Of a stretch of DNA of 58,030 nucleotides, positions 24,989-36,075 are shown one piece after another. The stretch is from the IMG/VR virus record IMGVR_UViG_3300031857_000212, positions 1-58,030 of that record; one strand, written 5' to 3'. The stretch comes from a virus. Lineage: Duplodnaviria > Caudoviricetes. Under the pieces are notes generated by a model. The model was not told where the DNA came from and searched no databases. It was given only the letters and a program-made list of their open reading frames with translations. The translations under genes were made by a program, and so were the position numbers. Within the stretch, counting starts at the first letter, position 1. The number at the start of each line of letters is the position of its first letter.

Positions 24989-25482
24989 TGTACTTTAATA
25001 ATTTCCCCGCAATTGCCTATGAATTTAATATAGGCGATAAAACAACAGTTATTGCTGTAACTGATATTACAGAAAATGTAAGATTCAGAAAAGAGATACT
25101 TGCTAATATCAATCTGTATGATGAGTATGATATTGTAGATGGAGAAACTCCAGAAATAATTTCAGAAAAATTTTATGGTTCTCCATACTATCACTGGATT
25201 GTTATGCTGGTCAATGAAAGATATGATTATATAAATGATTTTCCACTATCACAAACTTCATTAGAAAAATACATAATTGATAAGTATGGATCTGGGAATT
25301 CTAATTCTACTCACCATTATGAAAATGTAGCTGGATTTATTGTTGATTCTGATCATCCACAAGCTGAATCTATATCAAATACACAATATGAAGAGCGTAT
25401 TAATGAAGGTAAGAGAAGAATAAAAATAATTTCTTCTGCAGTACTTCAAAGAATTTTAAACCAGTTTAAAGATATTGTGTAA
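24988..25482 (+). CDS. gp53: baseplate wedge subunit gp53
   Basis: YF..FP.I.Y, DGETPE.I..KFYG..YHWIV.L.N, HHYE, E.KRRIKI. Confidence 0.9.
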   Translation: MYFNNFPAIAYEFNIGDKTTVIAVTDITENVRFRKEILANINLYDEYDIVDGETPEIISEKFYGSPYYHWIVMLVNERYDYINDFPLSQTSLEKYIIDKYGSGNSNSTHHYENVAGFIVDSDHPQAESISNTQYEERINEGKRRIKIISSAVLQRILNQFKDIV

Positions 25483-26759
25483 TGAGATCTGCTGATAAAA
25501 TAAGATTTGCTGGTGATGTAAATATCGAGAAGATACAGATTGTATCTTCTACAGGATTTTTTCAAGATATAACAAATCAAGTAATTGGTATTCAGGTTTT
25601 TGAAGATCTATTTTCGCCATTTATTACTGGTTCCTTGATTATTAAAGATTCTTTAGACTTAGCAACTACCTTCCCATTAGTTGGTGAAGAATTTGTTGAT
25701 ATAAAAATATCAACCCCAACTTTAAAAACACCGATTGAAGGTAGATTCTATTTGTTTAAGATGGCAAATAAAGAAATTCTTGGTGATAGAAGTGTTACTT
25801 ATGAGTTGCATTTTATTAGTCAACATGCTGTTATTGATTTAAATAAAAAAGTAAGTAAAGCATGGTCAGGAAAATGCTCAGATATCGTTAAAGAAATTAT
25901 GTCTAGTAAAGAGTTTGGTCTTCAAATTGATTCTAAAATGCAATTTGTTGAAGAGACTAGAAATGAAATTAAATTTATATCTAATTTTTGGAATCCAGTT
26001 AAGAGTTTAAATTATGTTTGCGACCATTCATTAAATTTTAATGAATCTCCAACTTATGTGTTCTTTCAAAACAGACAAGGTTATAATTTTGTTTCATTAG
26101 AGACTCTTTATACGAACAATGATATTGTTCAAGAGTTTTACTATGATAATTATAAACGTGATGAACTTCCAGGTGGTGGATCTGTTATCAATCCAGAACA
26201 GCAATATAAACGCATTAAAGAAATACGTATTCCTGAGTCATATGACTATCTTGATAATATACGTAAAGGTATGTTTGCATCTAGACAGTATGCATATGAT
26301 ATTACTACTAAATTAGTTACTGTTAATAACCACGACATTAGAGATTCATATAATGAGGGTGCGCATTTAAACCCATACCCAATTTTCTCTAAAAATGCAA
26401 TTTACAAATATAGTTCAATGATCTTGGCGAAACCAACCTATTATGGAAGTTTCACGGATAAAAAAGATGTAACTAATGCTACATTTATTCAGAAACGTAT
26501 TTCTTTAATGCGTTCAGCAGATTCAAGTAAAATTGAAATTACAGTTCCTGGAAGATCGGATTATACAGTTGGGCAAAAGTGTTTATTGGCTATTGATAAG
26601 ATGCAACCTATTAAAAAGACCGAAGACGATACATTAGATACTAATGTATCAGGTGCTTATATTATTGGAGCAGTTAATCATTATATCGATAGAGAAAGAC
26701 ATGAGTGCATTATTGAATTATTTAAAGATTCAACATTAAAGAATTTGGACGGAAAATAA
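25482..26759 (+). CDS. baseplate hub protein (gp27-like position)
   Basis: EDLFSPFITG.L.I.D, FF.N..G.NF.SLE, I.VPG; lies between gp53 and gp5. Confidence 0.7.
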   Translation: MRSADKIRFAGDVNIEKIQIVSSTGFFQDITNQVIGIQVFEDLFSPFITGSLIIKDSLDLATTFPLVGEEFVDIKISTPTLKTPIEGRFYLFKMANKEILGDRSVTYELHFISQHAVIDLNKKVSKAWSGKCSDIVKEIMSSKEFGLQIDSKMQFVEETRNEIKFISNFWNPVKSLNYVCDHSLNFNESPTYVFFQNRQGYNFVSLETLYTNNDIVQEFYYDNYKRDELPGGGSVINPEQQYKRIKEIRIPESYDYLDNIRKGMFASRQYAYDITTKLVTVNNHDIRDSYNEGAHLNPYPIFSKNAIYKYSSMILAKPTYYGSFTDKKDVTNATFIQKRISLMRSADSSKIEITVPGRSDYTVGQKCLLAIDKMQPIKKTEDDTLDTNVSGAYIIGAVNHYIDRERHECIIELFKDSTLKNLDGK

Positions 26760-26760
26760 T

Positions 26761-29700
26761 ATGTTACCATATTACACTGGTTGTGTTGAGAATAGAAATG
26801 ACCCATTAAAATTGGGTAGATGCCAAGTACGTATTGTAGGATTACATACAGAAAATAAAACTGTATTACCTACTGCAGATTTGCCATGGGCATACCCAGT
26901 TATGCCTATTACATCTGCTGGAACTTCTGGTGTTGGTACAGCACCTATTGGTCCAGTTGAGGGGTCTTGGATTCTAATTACTTTTATGGATCCAGATCAG
27001 CAGCAACCAATTATGTTGGGGACTCTTGGTGGTGCATTTCAAACTGATGATGCCATTCAAAATGGTGAAATTAAAAATAATACTGTAGCTGCTGATGGTG
27101 AGGTTGATTTATCTACAGATAAAACAAAAACTCCAGATGAAATCACAGCTGGAACTAAACCAGATGATAATACCCCAGCTAATGTTGGACAATCTGAAGC
27201 TAGTATAACTGGTCCTCTAGCAGCATTAATCGCTAAGGGTGAATCTGGTGCTGCAGGATATGATGCGTTTAATCGTGGAAGTGGCGCAAAACCTGGAACT
27301 GGTTCCGTAGGTGGGCAGAAACTTGCACTAACCAAGATGCCTATTAAAGACATCATGGCATTCCAAGCACTCAATCCAAACTCACCAGATAAATTATTTG
27401 CCGTTGGTAAATATCAGTGTATTCCTGTAACTTTAAGGGAAGCATGTAAGTCACTTAACATTGATGTTGCGACAACATTTAATGAGAAGATTCAAGACCT
27501 TATCTGTCAAGAATATTTACTTGGGCGTAAACGCCCAAAGCTATTGGCATATTACAGAAACCCCAATAAATCTAATGAGACTTTATTAAAAGAAGCTGGT
27601 AGATCTTTGGCAGCTGAATTTGCATCAATTGAAGATCCAGAACATCCTGGATTTCCATATGGTGGCGAAAATGGAAGATATGCAAAATCTGGGAATAAAG
27701 TTCACACAAAATGGAGCACTGTAAAAGATCATCTCCAACAAGAGTGGGATTTTAGAAATACATCGCCAAAAGCAGCTGTTACTGCTTCATTAGGTGGCGG
27801 TGATAAAATTGATATGGGTACTGATTATTATGGTGTTGTTAAAATAACACCAAAAGATGATTCAGCTGAATCTACACCAAGAGAAGCTGGCAGCATTACA
27901 GGTGATGTAATTGGTGCTGTTACTGGTGGTGGGCTTGGTGATTTAAATATTGGTGGATTTAGTTTATCAAGTATTCCAGGATTAGATGCAATTGGTGGTT
28001 TAGATGCATTAGAGGGTTTAGGTTTAGATGGAATCCTTGGTGAATTGCCAACAGACTTAGTTAGTGGAATTACTGATCAGATTTCAGAATATACAGATTT
28101 AGTATCATCATTTGATCTTGGTGCTTCTTTATCTGATCTTTCTGGTGGATTAACCGATCAGCTAACTCAACAATTTGGTGATTTATCAGCAACTGTTACT
28201 AGTTTCGCCAATGAAAATCTTGGTGGTTTAAAAACTAACATTCTGGATGCTAGTGGTAATATATTACCAACCAATGTTGCCAACAGTCTAAATGCGCAGA
28301 TCGCAAATCTGGCATCTAACAATCTTAATGTTAATAATTTAACTGGTCAGCTAACCAATCAATTAACAAATGCCACTGGTATTAATATTAATAATTTAAC
28401 TGGTCAGCTAACTAATGGTATTCCAAATCCATTCACCGCTATTACCAATCAAGTAAATGGTGCAATTAACCAAGCTACTTCTATAGAAACCATATTTGCT
28501 ACTAAGTTAAATTCACTTAGTAGTTTTGGTGGTTCTATTACAGACATTGCTAGTAATCTTGGTATTACTAATGTATCAGGAACTGTCACTGAATTGGTAT
28601 CACAGTTAGGACTCGCCAACCCAAACAAAAATGCTATTGTAGATGAGTTATTTAAAATAGCAAACTCTCCTGTAGGACAAGCTAAAAGTCTTCTTGTTAA
28701 ATTAGAAACTACTGGTGAACCAACAGTAACTAATGCTGCAGCAGTAGGTATGCCAAATGATGATGGTAGTATTAGTACTGGTCTTTCAATCGACCCGAAT
28801 ATTGGATTCCAAGATCCAAATGGTGTATATCCAAAATATAAAAATGAACCTGATACTAATCGTCTAGCTGCTGGGAATAATTTAGGGCGAACATACGTTG
28901 TTAAAAAAGAAGCAGCTATGAAGACTGGTGTTAAGATTGCCAATGGTGGAACATGGGATCAATCTCCTGTACCATATAATGCAACTTACCCCTATAATAA
29001 AGTTACAGAAACTGAATCAGGACACGTGATGGAGTTTGATGATACTCCAGGTTCTGAACGTGTTCATTTATATCACAGAACAGGATCATTTATTGAGTGG
29101 GATGCAAACGGCACCCAAGTCAATCGTATTGTTGGTGATGGATATGAAATTATTGAACGTAATGGACATGTTTATGTTGTAGGTGCATTGAATGTAACTG
29201 TCGATGGCGCACTGAATGTCCGTACAGACAATATCTTTAATTTAGAAGTTTCTGGTGCTGCAAATATTAACATCTATAATGATGCTAATATTAATGTTAG
29301 TGGAAATTCAAACTTAGCTGTTGGTGGTGAATTTAACTTAAAAGCATCTAGAATTAATATGGAGTCTACTGGACAATTTAATATTAAATCTGATTCTGGT
29401 TTAAATATTCAGTCTGGTAAAGATATGAATGTAAAATCAGATGCAGGTCTTTTTGTTGAAGCAGACTCTGATATAAATTATACATCAACTAAAGGTTCTA
29501 TTTTCTTAACGTCAGAATTAGATACACATATTGATGCATCTAATAATGTCAATATTAGTAGTAAACTTGCTACACATATTAAATCTACTGCGTTCATGAA
29601 TGTTGAAGCTAAAGGTTTATTGAACTTAAAATCTTTGGCAGCAGTGGCTTTGGGTGCAACTGGCGCAGTTAGCATTAAAGGTGGTGCCATGGTTGCTCTT

Positions 29701-30585
29701 GATGGCGCAATCGTTGCACTTAATAGCGGAATTGCGCAATCACCATTGGGTGCCACAGCAGCAAAACCTGCTCTACCTGCACGTGCAGCTGGACAGGCAG
29801 ATATTGAACTACCTATTGAGATTCGTGGAACTTCTGGTGTTTCTACTTTACCAAAACCAGGTCTGGCAACTCGTGGTTCAGAAACTGGTTTTGACTCTCC
29901 AGATACTGGAAATCCTACTGCATATGCAAATAGAAAAATTCAAAATAATGAAGTTAGCAAGTCCGATATTGAGGGACGTAAGTATCCATCACAGACAGAA
30001 AAACCAACAGCAAATTCAGCTGGTTCACCAGGATCTGTTGCTGGATTAGATGCAATTAGAAATATGCCAGCAGATCAATTTAGTGCTGGTATGAAGTTAT
30101 CCAAGCACTTCACTCTTGGTGATTTAACCAAAGGTGGTGTTCGTATTCCACGTGTTACATATAATGTTAATGGTGGAAATATTACACCGCAAGAAATTGT
30201 ATGTAATATGAGAGTATTGGCAGAAAAAGTTCTTGATCCAATCCGTGATAAATTTGGTAAATTTACCATTACTTCAGCTTTCCGTCGTCCACCATTTGGT
30301 GGTGCTCCAGGAGATTTGGGTACGCAGAAAGAAGGTGGTGACCACCCAATTGGATGCGCAGCTGATATCGTGTTTCCAGGTGGTAAGGCTGAGACGTTTA
30401 AGATCTGTAATGAAATTGTTAAACTTTTACCTTCATGGAACCAAGTTATTATGGAATACAATGGTTCTCAATATTGGATTCACGTGTCATGTAGACCAGC
30501 TGGAAATAAAGGACACATGTTTACAATGAATCATCATGCTACCTATGCGGGAACATTCCCAACAGGTGGATTTGTTTTAGTATAA
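26761..30585 (+). CDS. gp5: baseplate central spike gp5 with lysozyme-like and peptidase M15-like domains
   Basis: OB fold VENRNDPLKLGRCQVRI.G.H; YPYN.V.ETESGH..EFDDTPG.ER...YHRTG; beta-helix repeats; inserted domains (see findings). Confidence 0.92.
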   Translation: MLPYYTGCVENRNDPLKLGRCQVRIVGLHTENKTVLPTADLPWAYPVMPITSAGTSGVGTAPIGPVEGSWILITFMDPDQQQPIMLGTLGGAFQTDDAIQNGEIKNNTVAADGEVDLSTDKTKTPDEITAGTKPDDNTPANVGQSEASITGPLAALIAKGESGAAGYDAFNRGSGAKPGTGSVGGQKLALTKMPIKDIMAFQALNPNSPDKLFAVGKYQCIPVTLREACKSLNIDVATTFNEKIQDLICQEYLLGRKRPKLLAYYRNPNKSNETLLKEAGRSLAAEFASIEDPEHPGFPYGGENGRYAKSGNKVHTKWSTVKDHLQQEWDFRNTSPKAAVTASLGGGDKIDMGTDYYGVVKITPKDDSAESTPREAGSITGDVIGAVTGGGLGDLNIGGFSLSSIPGLDAIGGLDALEGLGLDGILGELPTDLVSGITDQISEYTDLVSSFDLGASLSDLSGGLTDQLTQQFGDLSATVTSFANENLGGLKTNILDASGNILPTNVANSLNAQIANLASNNLNVNNLTGQLTNQLTNATGININNLTGQLTNGIPNPFTAITNQVNGAINQATSIETIFATKLNSLSSFGGSITDIASNLGITNVSGTVTELVSQLGLANPNKNAIVDELFKIANSPVGQAKSLLVKLETTGEPTVTNAAAVGMPNDDGSISTGLSIDPNIGFQDPNGVYPKYKNEPDTNRLAAGNNLGRTYVVKKEAAMKTGVKIANGGTWDQSPVPYNATYPYNKVTETESGHVMEFDDTPGSERVHLYHRTGSFIEWDANGTQVNRIVGDGYEIIERNGHVYVVGALNVTVDGALNVRTDNIFNLEVSGAANINIYNDANINVSGNSNLAVGGEFNLKASRINMESTGQFNIKSDSGLNIQSGKDMNVKSDAGLFVEADSDINYTSTKGSIFLTSELDTHIDASNNVNISSKLATHIKSTAFMNVEAKGLLNLKSLAAVALGATGAVSIKGGAMVALDGAIVALNSGIAQSPLGATAAKPALPARAAGQADIELPIEIRGTSGVSTLPKPGLATRGSETGFDSPDTGNPTAYANRKIQNNEVSKSDIEGRKYPSQTEKPTANSAGSPGSVAGLDAIRNMPADQFSAGMKLSKHFTLGDLTKGGVRIPRVTYNVNGGNITPQEIVCNMRVLAEKVLDPIRDKFGKFTITSAFRRPPFGGAPGDLGTQKEGGDHPIGCAADIVFPGGKAETFKICNEIVKLLPSWNQVIMEYNGSQYWIHVSCRPAGNKGHMFTMNHHATYAGTFPTGGFVLV

Positions 30586-30597
30586 AGGAAAATAATT

Positions 30598-31272
30598 ATG
30601 CCAATACGTGGACCAAGTGGTGCAGCAGATCCTGCCAATCCAGAAGGAGGAACACTTCCTTATGAATTAACAGAATTTATTGGAACTGAAACTAATCCAG
30701 CAGTACCAATTGTTTTAGCTGGAGTAGATTCTGCTGGTACTGCCGAGGCTATAACATACTATGCATATTATATTATCAATGTTCAGATGTTGGGTATCAC
30801 AGCACCACCAGATTTTAGTGCTGTCATAACTCAACCAAAAACAGTTACAATAAGAAGCGAATTTCCAGATATGTTTGATAGACTTATCAAATACCTAAAA
30901 TATAGCGAAGACAATACAGATATAACAAATAATTATAACGTAAAAACATACGGAACAGTTTCTCGTTTTGCTAATTTACCAGAACAATACACTGCAGTAT
31001 ATGAATACATATCACCACCAGCTGGAACCAAATCTATAACTATTAGAGTTAATCACTATGAATATTCATCAGTTGGTGGTGGGGGTGCTGCTGCTCCATG
31101 GGGTTCTAGCAATCCAATAGGAAATCCAGCGTATAATTCATACATAACTTTCAGTGACTGGACTTTCACTCTAAATGAGAATTTTGCTTTAGTCAATCAA
31201 TATTTTCTTTCTTCAGTTGCCAATGGAACTGCAGGAATAAAAGCTAAAACTGTTTATCCAGAGTTAAACTAA
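30598..31272 (+). CDS. hypothetical baseplate-region protein
   Basis: ORF track; AAGGA RBS. Confidence 0.7.
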   Translation: MPIRGPSGAADPANPEGGTLPYELTEFIGTETNPAVPIVLAGVDSAGTAEAITYYAYYIINVQMLGITAPPDFSAVITQPKTVTIRSEFPDMFDRLIKYLKYSEDNTDITNNYNVKTYGTVSRFANLPEQYTAVYEYISPPAGTKSITIRVNHYEYSSVGGGGAAAPWGSSNPIGNPAYNSYITFSDWTFTLNENFALVNQYFLSSVANGTAGIKAKTVYPELN

Positions 31273-31281
31273 GGAAATTAT

Positions 31282-31563
31282 ATGTCAGTAGCAGCAACAA
31301 TTGGATCCATGTCAGCAGGACATTGTTTCTTCCCAAGACCAACCTACCAAGGATCTTCAAATGTTCTAATAGGTGGTTTGCCTGCCCATACTATTGGGAT
31401 GGCTTGGCCAATTCACATCTGCGGTAAAAAATTTCACCCATCATTTACTGCTATGGGTTCTCCAAATGTTTTAGTCAATGGTAAACCACTAGCTAGGGTT
31501 GGAGATAGATTAAGCTGTGGTGATATGATTGCTTCTGGCTCCCCCAACGTCTTAGTAAACTAA
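31282..31563 (+). CDS. PAAR spike-tip protein (gp5.4-like)
   Basis: GH, GS.NV.I.G.PA, H.C...H, GKPLARVGD..SCG. Confidence 0.92.
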   Translation: MSVAATIGSMSAGHCFFPRPTYQGSSNVLIGGLPAHTIGMAWPIHICGKKFHPSFTAMGSPNVLVNGKPLARVGDRLSCGDMIASGSPNVLVN

Positions 31564-31574
31564 TAAATAATAAG

Positions 31575-31967
31575 ATGACAAGAAATACAAGACTATTCTC
31601 AGATTTAGATTTAAATTTCACTGCTAATCCAGTGACTAAAGATATCTCACGTCGATATGACGATAGTGCAATAAAAACATCACTTAAAAACCTTATATTA
31701 ACTTCTAATTATGAGCGTCCATTTCATAGTGAAATTGGGTCGCCATTAAAGCGACTTTTATTCGAGCCACAATCACCAGTTGTTGCCTCTTCTATGCGAA
31801 AGTCGATTATTGATATGATTAATAGTTTCGAACCAAGAGTTGAAGTTATTGATGTGATTGTAAATTATAAACCGAATGATAATGGTGTTGATGTGACAAT
31901 AAATTTTAAGGTTATCAATACAGAAAGACCAATCACTCTTAATATAGTATTGGAAAGAACACGATAA
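31575..31967 (+). CDS. gp25: baseplate wedge subunit gp25
   Basis: FSDLDL.F, IK.SLKNLILT...ERPF..EIGS, FEPRV. Confidence 0.93.
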   Translation: MTRNTRLFSDLDLNFTANPVTKDISRRYDDSAIKTSLKNLILTSNYERPFHSEIGSPLKRLLFEPQSPVVASSMRKSIIDMINSFEPRVEVIDVIVNYKPNDNGVDVTINFKVINTERPITLNIVLERTR

Positions 31968-33802
31968 TGGCTCAAAAGAATAATAAAATAAATGTAACAG
32001 AATTAGATTTTGATAATATCAAAAATAATTTAAAAGAGTTCCTTAAAGGACAATCTGAATTTTCAGATTATGACTTTGAAGGTTCTGGTCTTTCTGTATT
32101 GTTAGATATTTTAGCATACAATACACATTACAATGCTCTTTATAATAACTTAGCTGTAAATGAGTTATTTTTGGATTCTGCAGTTAAAAGAAATAGTGTT
32201 GTTTCTTTAGCAAAGATGCTTGGATATACTCCAAAATCAGCAAAGTGTGCTACTGCTACTGTTAATATTAATATTACTTCTAGTAGTGTTGGACCAAATA
32301 CTGTATCAATTCCAGCATATACTATATTCTCAAGCGTTGCTAATGGATCAACATTAACATTTTACAATAGAGAAATTTTGAATGTTACTGGTTCAGCATC
32401 ATCATATAACATACAAAATGTTATTTTATATGAGGGCACGTATTTAACAAACAAGTATACTGTTGCTGATGGAACTCGTTTTATTATTCCAAACGTCAAT
32501 GTAGATTTAGATACATTAAAAGTTCGTGTGCAACAAAACTCTACAAGTTCAGAATTTAATACATTTACATTGGCATCATCTCTAATGGATGTCAATCAAA
32601 CAACCAGAGCATATTGGATTAAAGAGATAGACAATGGGTTATATGAATTGGTTTTTGGAGATGATATCTTAAGTGCAGGTTTAAGTAATGGTAATATAGT
32701 AAACATAGAGTATATGGTTTCTAATTTAGATATTGCAAATGGAGCTAGATCATTTACATATAGTGGAACTCCTCCATATTCTGGAGCGACAACATCAGTA
32801 TCTGTAGTATCACCAGCTTCTGGTGGTGGCGCATCAGAAGGTGTAGAGAGTATTAAATTTAATGCTCCAAAATATTATTCTGCGCAAAATCGTGCCGTAA
32901 CTGTGGATGACTATAAAACTTTAATCTATAACAATTTTGCTGATGCTAAATCTGTTGCAGTATGGGGAGGTGAGGATAATAATCCTCCCATCTATGGTAA
33001 AACATTTATTTGCGTTAAACCTAAAAGTTCAACAAAATTAACAGTTCAACAAAAGTCAATAATCATAACTGAGATACTTGGACCAAAGAATGTAGTTTCA
33101 GTTAGTCCAGAGATTCTAGACCCAGAGTATTTAAATATCTCTTTAGATATATCAGTATACTATAATCCAAGAGAAACAATAAAAAGTGCCAGCGACATTC
33201 AGAATTTAGTTATAAACACTATTTACTCATATGATGATGTAGACTTGCAAAAATTTGATAGCGTCTTTCGCCATTCTAAATTAAGTCGTCTAATTGATAT
33301 GTGTGATAATAGTATTGTCAATAGTAATATGAAAGTTCTAATTCGTCGTAAAATTTCACCACGTTATAATGTTAGTGCTCAGTATATAATTGATATTATT
33401 AATCCAATTTATACGACTGGACTTGCTCAAAATAACATATATTCTAATGGTTTCTATATTTACGGAAGTGACTTGGTTAATTACTTGGATGATGATGGTT
33501 CTGGTAATATTAGATTATATTACCTAGGAACATCTGCTGAGAAAATTATACTAGATCCTTCTATCGGAACTGTTGATTATGCTGGTGGAATACTTAATAT
33601 TAAAAATCTTCATATAACTGGAATTGTTGATGCTGATTTTGAGATATCAATTCGCCCATCATCATATGATGTGGTATCTGCATATTCTCAAATTGCTGAA
33701 ATTGCTCGTGATCATTTGACAGTCACTGCTATTGCCGATGAAACTATTAATGGAGATACTCGTGCAGGTAAGAATTATACATTCACTACAAGTCGTTCAT
33801 AA
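31967..33802 (+). CDS. gp6: baseplate wedge subunit gp6
   Basis: LDFD.IK.NLK.FL, DYDFEGS.LS.LLD.LAYNTHY, QNRAVT..DY, VWGGEDN.PP.YGK. Confidence 0.95.
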   Translation: MAQKNNKINVTELDFDNIKNNLKEFLKGQSEFSDYDFEGSGLSVLLDILAYNTHYNALYNNLAVNELFLDSAVKRNSVVSLAKMLGYTPKSAKCATATVNINITSSSVGPNTVSIPAYTIFSSVANGSTLTFYNREILNVTGSASSYNIQNVILYEGTYLTNKYTVADGTRFIIPNVNVDLDTLKVRVQQNSTSSEFNTFTLASSLMDVNQTTRAYWIKEIDNGLYELVFGDDILSAGLSNGNIVNIEYMVSNLDIANGARSFTYSGTPPYSGATTSVSVVSPASGGGASEGVESIKFNAPKYYSAQNRAVTVDDYKTLIYNNFADAKSVAVWGGEDNNPPIYGKTFICVKPKSSTKLTVQQKSIIITEILGPKNVVSVSPEILDPEYLNISLDISVYYNPRETIKSASDIQNLVINTIYSYDDVDLQKFDSVFRHSKLSRLIDMCDNSIVNSNMKVLIRRKISPRYNVSAQYIIDIINPIYTTGLAQNNIYSNGFYIYGSDLVNYLDDDGSGNIRLYYLGTSAEKIILDPSIGTVDYAGGILNIKNLHITGIVDADFEISIRPSSYDVVSAYSQIAEIARDHLTVTAIADETINGDTRAGKNYTFTTSRS

Positions 33803-36036
33803 TGGCAATCACAAAACCTAAGATTTCTAGTTTAGTAGCTAATCAACTCCCTGAGTTCATCAGGGAGGATTATTCTACATTCGTTGCTTTTCTTGAAGCG
33901 TATTACGAATATTTGGAAACTACGAAAAAAGATGTATATCAAATACGTGATGTAGACAATACTTTAGATGACTTTATTAAGTATTTTAAAAACGAATTAG
34001 CCAGTCAATTCATTGACCCTAATTATGGCGATCAGAGATTTATTCTAAGTAGAATAAAAGATCATTATCTCGCTAAAGGTTCTGAAGCATCTTATAAGTT
34101 TTTATTTAAAATTTTATTTAATAAAAATGTAACGGTAGATTATCCAGGGAAACAAGTTCTTCGTGCATCTGATGGTAAATGGATGCAAGATGTTTCTATA
34201 TTTGCTAAAGTTAATGCTGGCACACCAGATGATGTTGTTGGCAGAATCGTAGACGTTGTAACTCCTACTAAAATTATTCGTGTTTTGGTTGATAGACACC
34301 AAGATGTTGAGTTAGAAATAAATCGTTATGTTGAGATTTTACCAGATGTATATGAATTTTATGTTGATCGTCGTTTCTTTGGGGATGTTAGCGTAAATGA
34401 TAAAATTCGTTACGAAGGTCTTTTTGACGCTAATATATTAGCAACAACATCGAAAGTTAGTGTTCTGCAAGCTGGTAAAAACTTTAAAGCTGGCCAGCTA
34501 TTTAATATTAAGAATGGTAAAGGTAATGGCTCTATTCTTAAAGTTAAAAGTGTAGATTCTTTTGGTGGTATTCTTTCTGCAGAATTTGTTAAATTTGGCG
34601 TTGGTTATGAAACAGATTTTACGTCAACCTTATTAGCTAATCAAAACCAAACTGTAACTACAGCTGGTGGTGTTTCATTAAATATAAGCACTACCTCTAG
34701 TGCAGTAACTGGATTCACCATTTCTAATGGAGGATCAGGCTATACTTCTGCCCCTACAATTACATTATCTGGTGGTGGATTTACATCTGCAGCAACTATC
34801 GGTTCTGTGCAAATATCTGGTGGTGCCATTACAAAAATTAACTTATCTAGTAGTGGTTCTGGGTATACATCTGCACCATCTATTTCTATAAGTGGTGGTG
34901 GTGGAACTGGTGCGTCGATAACATCTATTATTGGTAAAAATTATAATTATGTTATTAATGAAGTTCTTTCTACCTTTGACGAGCAGGGTTACATAAATTA
35001 TTCTGATTATTCTAGAGATGAAGGTATTATTTGGAGACCAACAACTTCTTATTCTGCTGGTAATTTAGTTTATATCAACGATAGAATGTATACGGTGACA
35101 ACTGGAGGAACTACTTCCAGCACTCCACCAACACATACATCTGGTTCTTTATCAAATGGATCTGTTATTTTACAATATACCAGACTTTATGGTCCAGCAT
35201 TCGACGGATCTTATAGTGGTGAAATCAGTAGACAGTTTTTTGCGCAAACGACTGAAACAACTACAGATCCAGAAACAATTTGTATCGTTAAAGTAGAACT
35301 TGGTCCATTAACAAAATATCCTGGATATTATCAAAATAATGATGGATTCTTAGATGATGCTATGTTCATTCAAGATAGCAAATACTATCAGGCATTCTCA
35401 TATGTATTGAAAATTGACGAGAAATTAGATTCATATAAATCTGCAGTTAAGACTTTAGTACATCCAACTGGAATGGGTCTTTTTGGTGAGTATAGTATCG
35501 TCAATGATTTTGACATAAGTGCTTCTTTAGAATTCTTAATGAAAATTTATTCAGTGTTTGAGCAGGATGAAGTTTCATTAGCTGCGCAGATTAGCACTAA
35601 ACATACAGCAAAGTACTACGACTCAGATTCTTTCTCAACATCTGAGGCTCTTATCAAAGATGTAGTTAAAGGCGCATTCCCTGAAACTATTTTAACATCA
35701 AATACTGGTTCTATAAACTGGACTCATATTGATTCATCGAGTAGTGCTACTCAAAACTTTACAATTCCAATTATTGATGTGAGTAATTGGAGTTTATACA
35801 ATGATTCTGTGTCGTACACCGATTCTACAGTCATAAATAGTACTAAGAATGTTACTGAATCAATTTCTATTTCAGAAGTTAATACTACATTAACCAATAA
35901 GTCCATACAAGAGACGCAGGCAATTGTTGACTTCACGACATATAGTGAATATTTTGGCGTTGGTTTTGAAAGCTCAGAATATTTTGACAGTAACTATGTC
36001 ATACAAACACCTACTATCACAATTACAAAATTTTGA
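33802..36036 (+). CDS. baseplate wedge protein (gp7-like)
   Basis: QLPEFIRE, FLEAYYE, Y..KGSE.S..FLF, QDS.YYQ.FSYV, HP.G..LFG. Confidence 0.8.
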   Translation: MAITKPKISSLVANQLPEFIREDYSTFVAFLEAYYEYLETTKKDVYQIRDVDNTLDDFIKYFKNELASQFIDPNYGDQRFILSRIKDHYLAKGSEASYKFLFKILFNKNVTVDYPGKQVLRASDGKWMQDVSIFAKVNAGTPDDVVGRIVDVVTPTKIIRVLVDRHQDVELEINRYVEILPDVYEFYVDRRFFGDVSVNDKIRYEGLFDANILATTSKVSVLQAGKNFKAGQLFNIKNGKGNGSILKVKSVDSFGGILSAEFVKFGVGYETDFTSTLLANQNQTVTTAGGVSLNISTTSSAVTGFTISNGGSGYTSAPTITLSGGGFTSAATIGSVQISGGAITKINLSSSGSGYTSAPSISISGGGGTGASITSIIGKNYNYVINEVLSTFDEQGYINYSDYSRDEGIIWRPTTSYSAGNLVYINDRMYTVTTGGTTSSTPPTHTSGSLSNGSVILQYTRLYGPAFDGSYSGEISRQFFAQTTETTTDPETICIVKVELGPLTKYPGYYQNNDGFLDDAMFIQDSKYYQAFSYVLKIDEKLDSYKSAVKTLVHPTGMGLFGEYSIVNDFDISASLEFLMKIYSVFEQDEVSLAAQISTKHTAKYYDSDSFSTSEALIKDVVKGAFPETILTSNTGSINWTHIDSSSSATQNFTIPIIDVSNWSLYNDSVSYTDSTVINSTKNVTESISISEVNTTLTNKSIQETQAIVDFTTYSEYFGVGFESSEYFDSNYVIQTPTITITKF

Positions 36037-36075
36037 TAAATATCACTTTAGATATCGATAACCAAGGAGATACAT

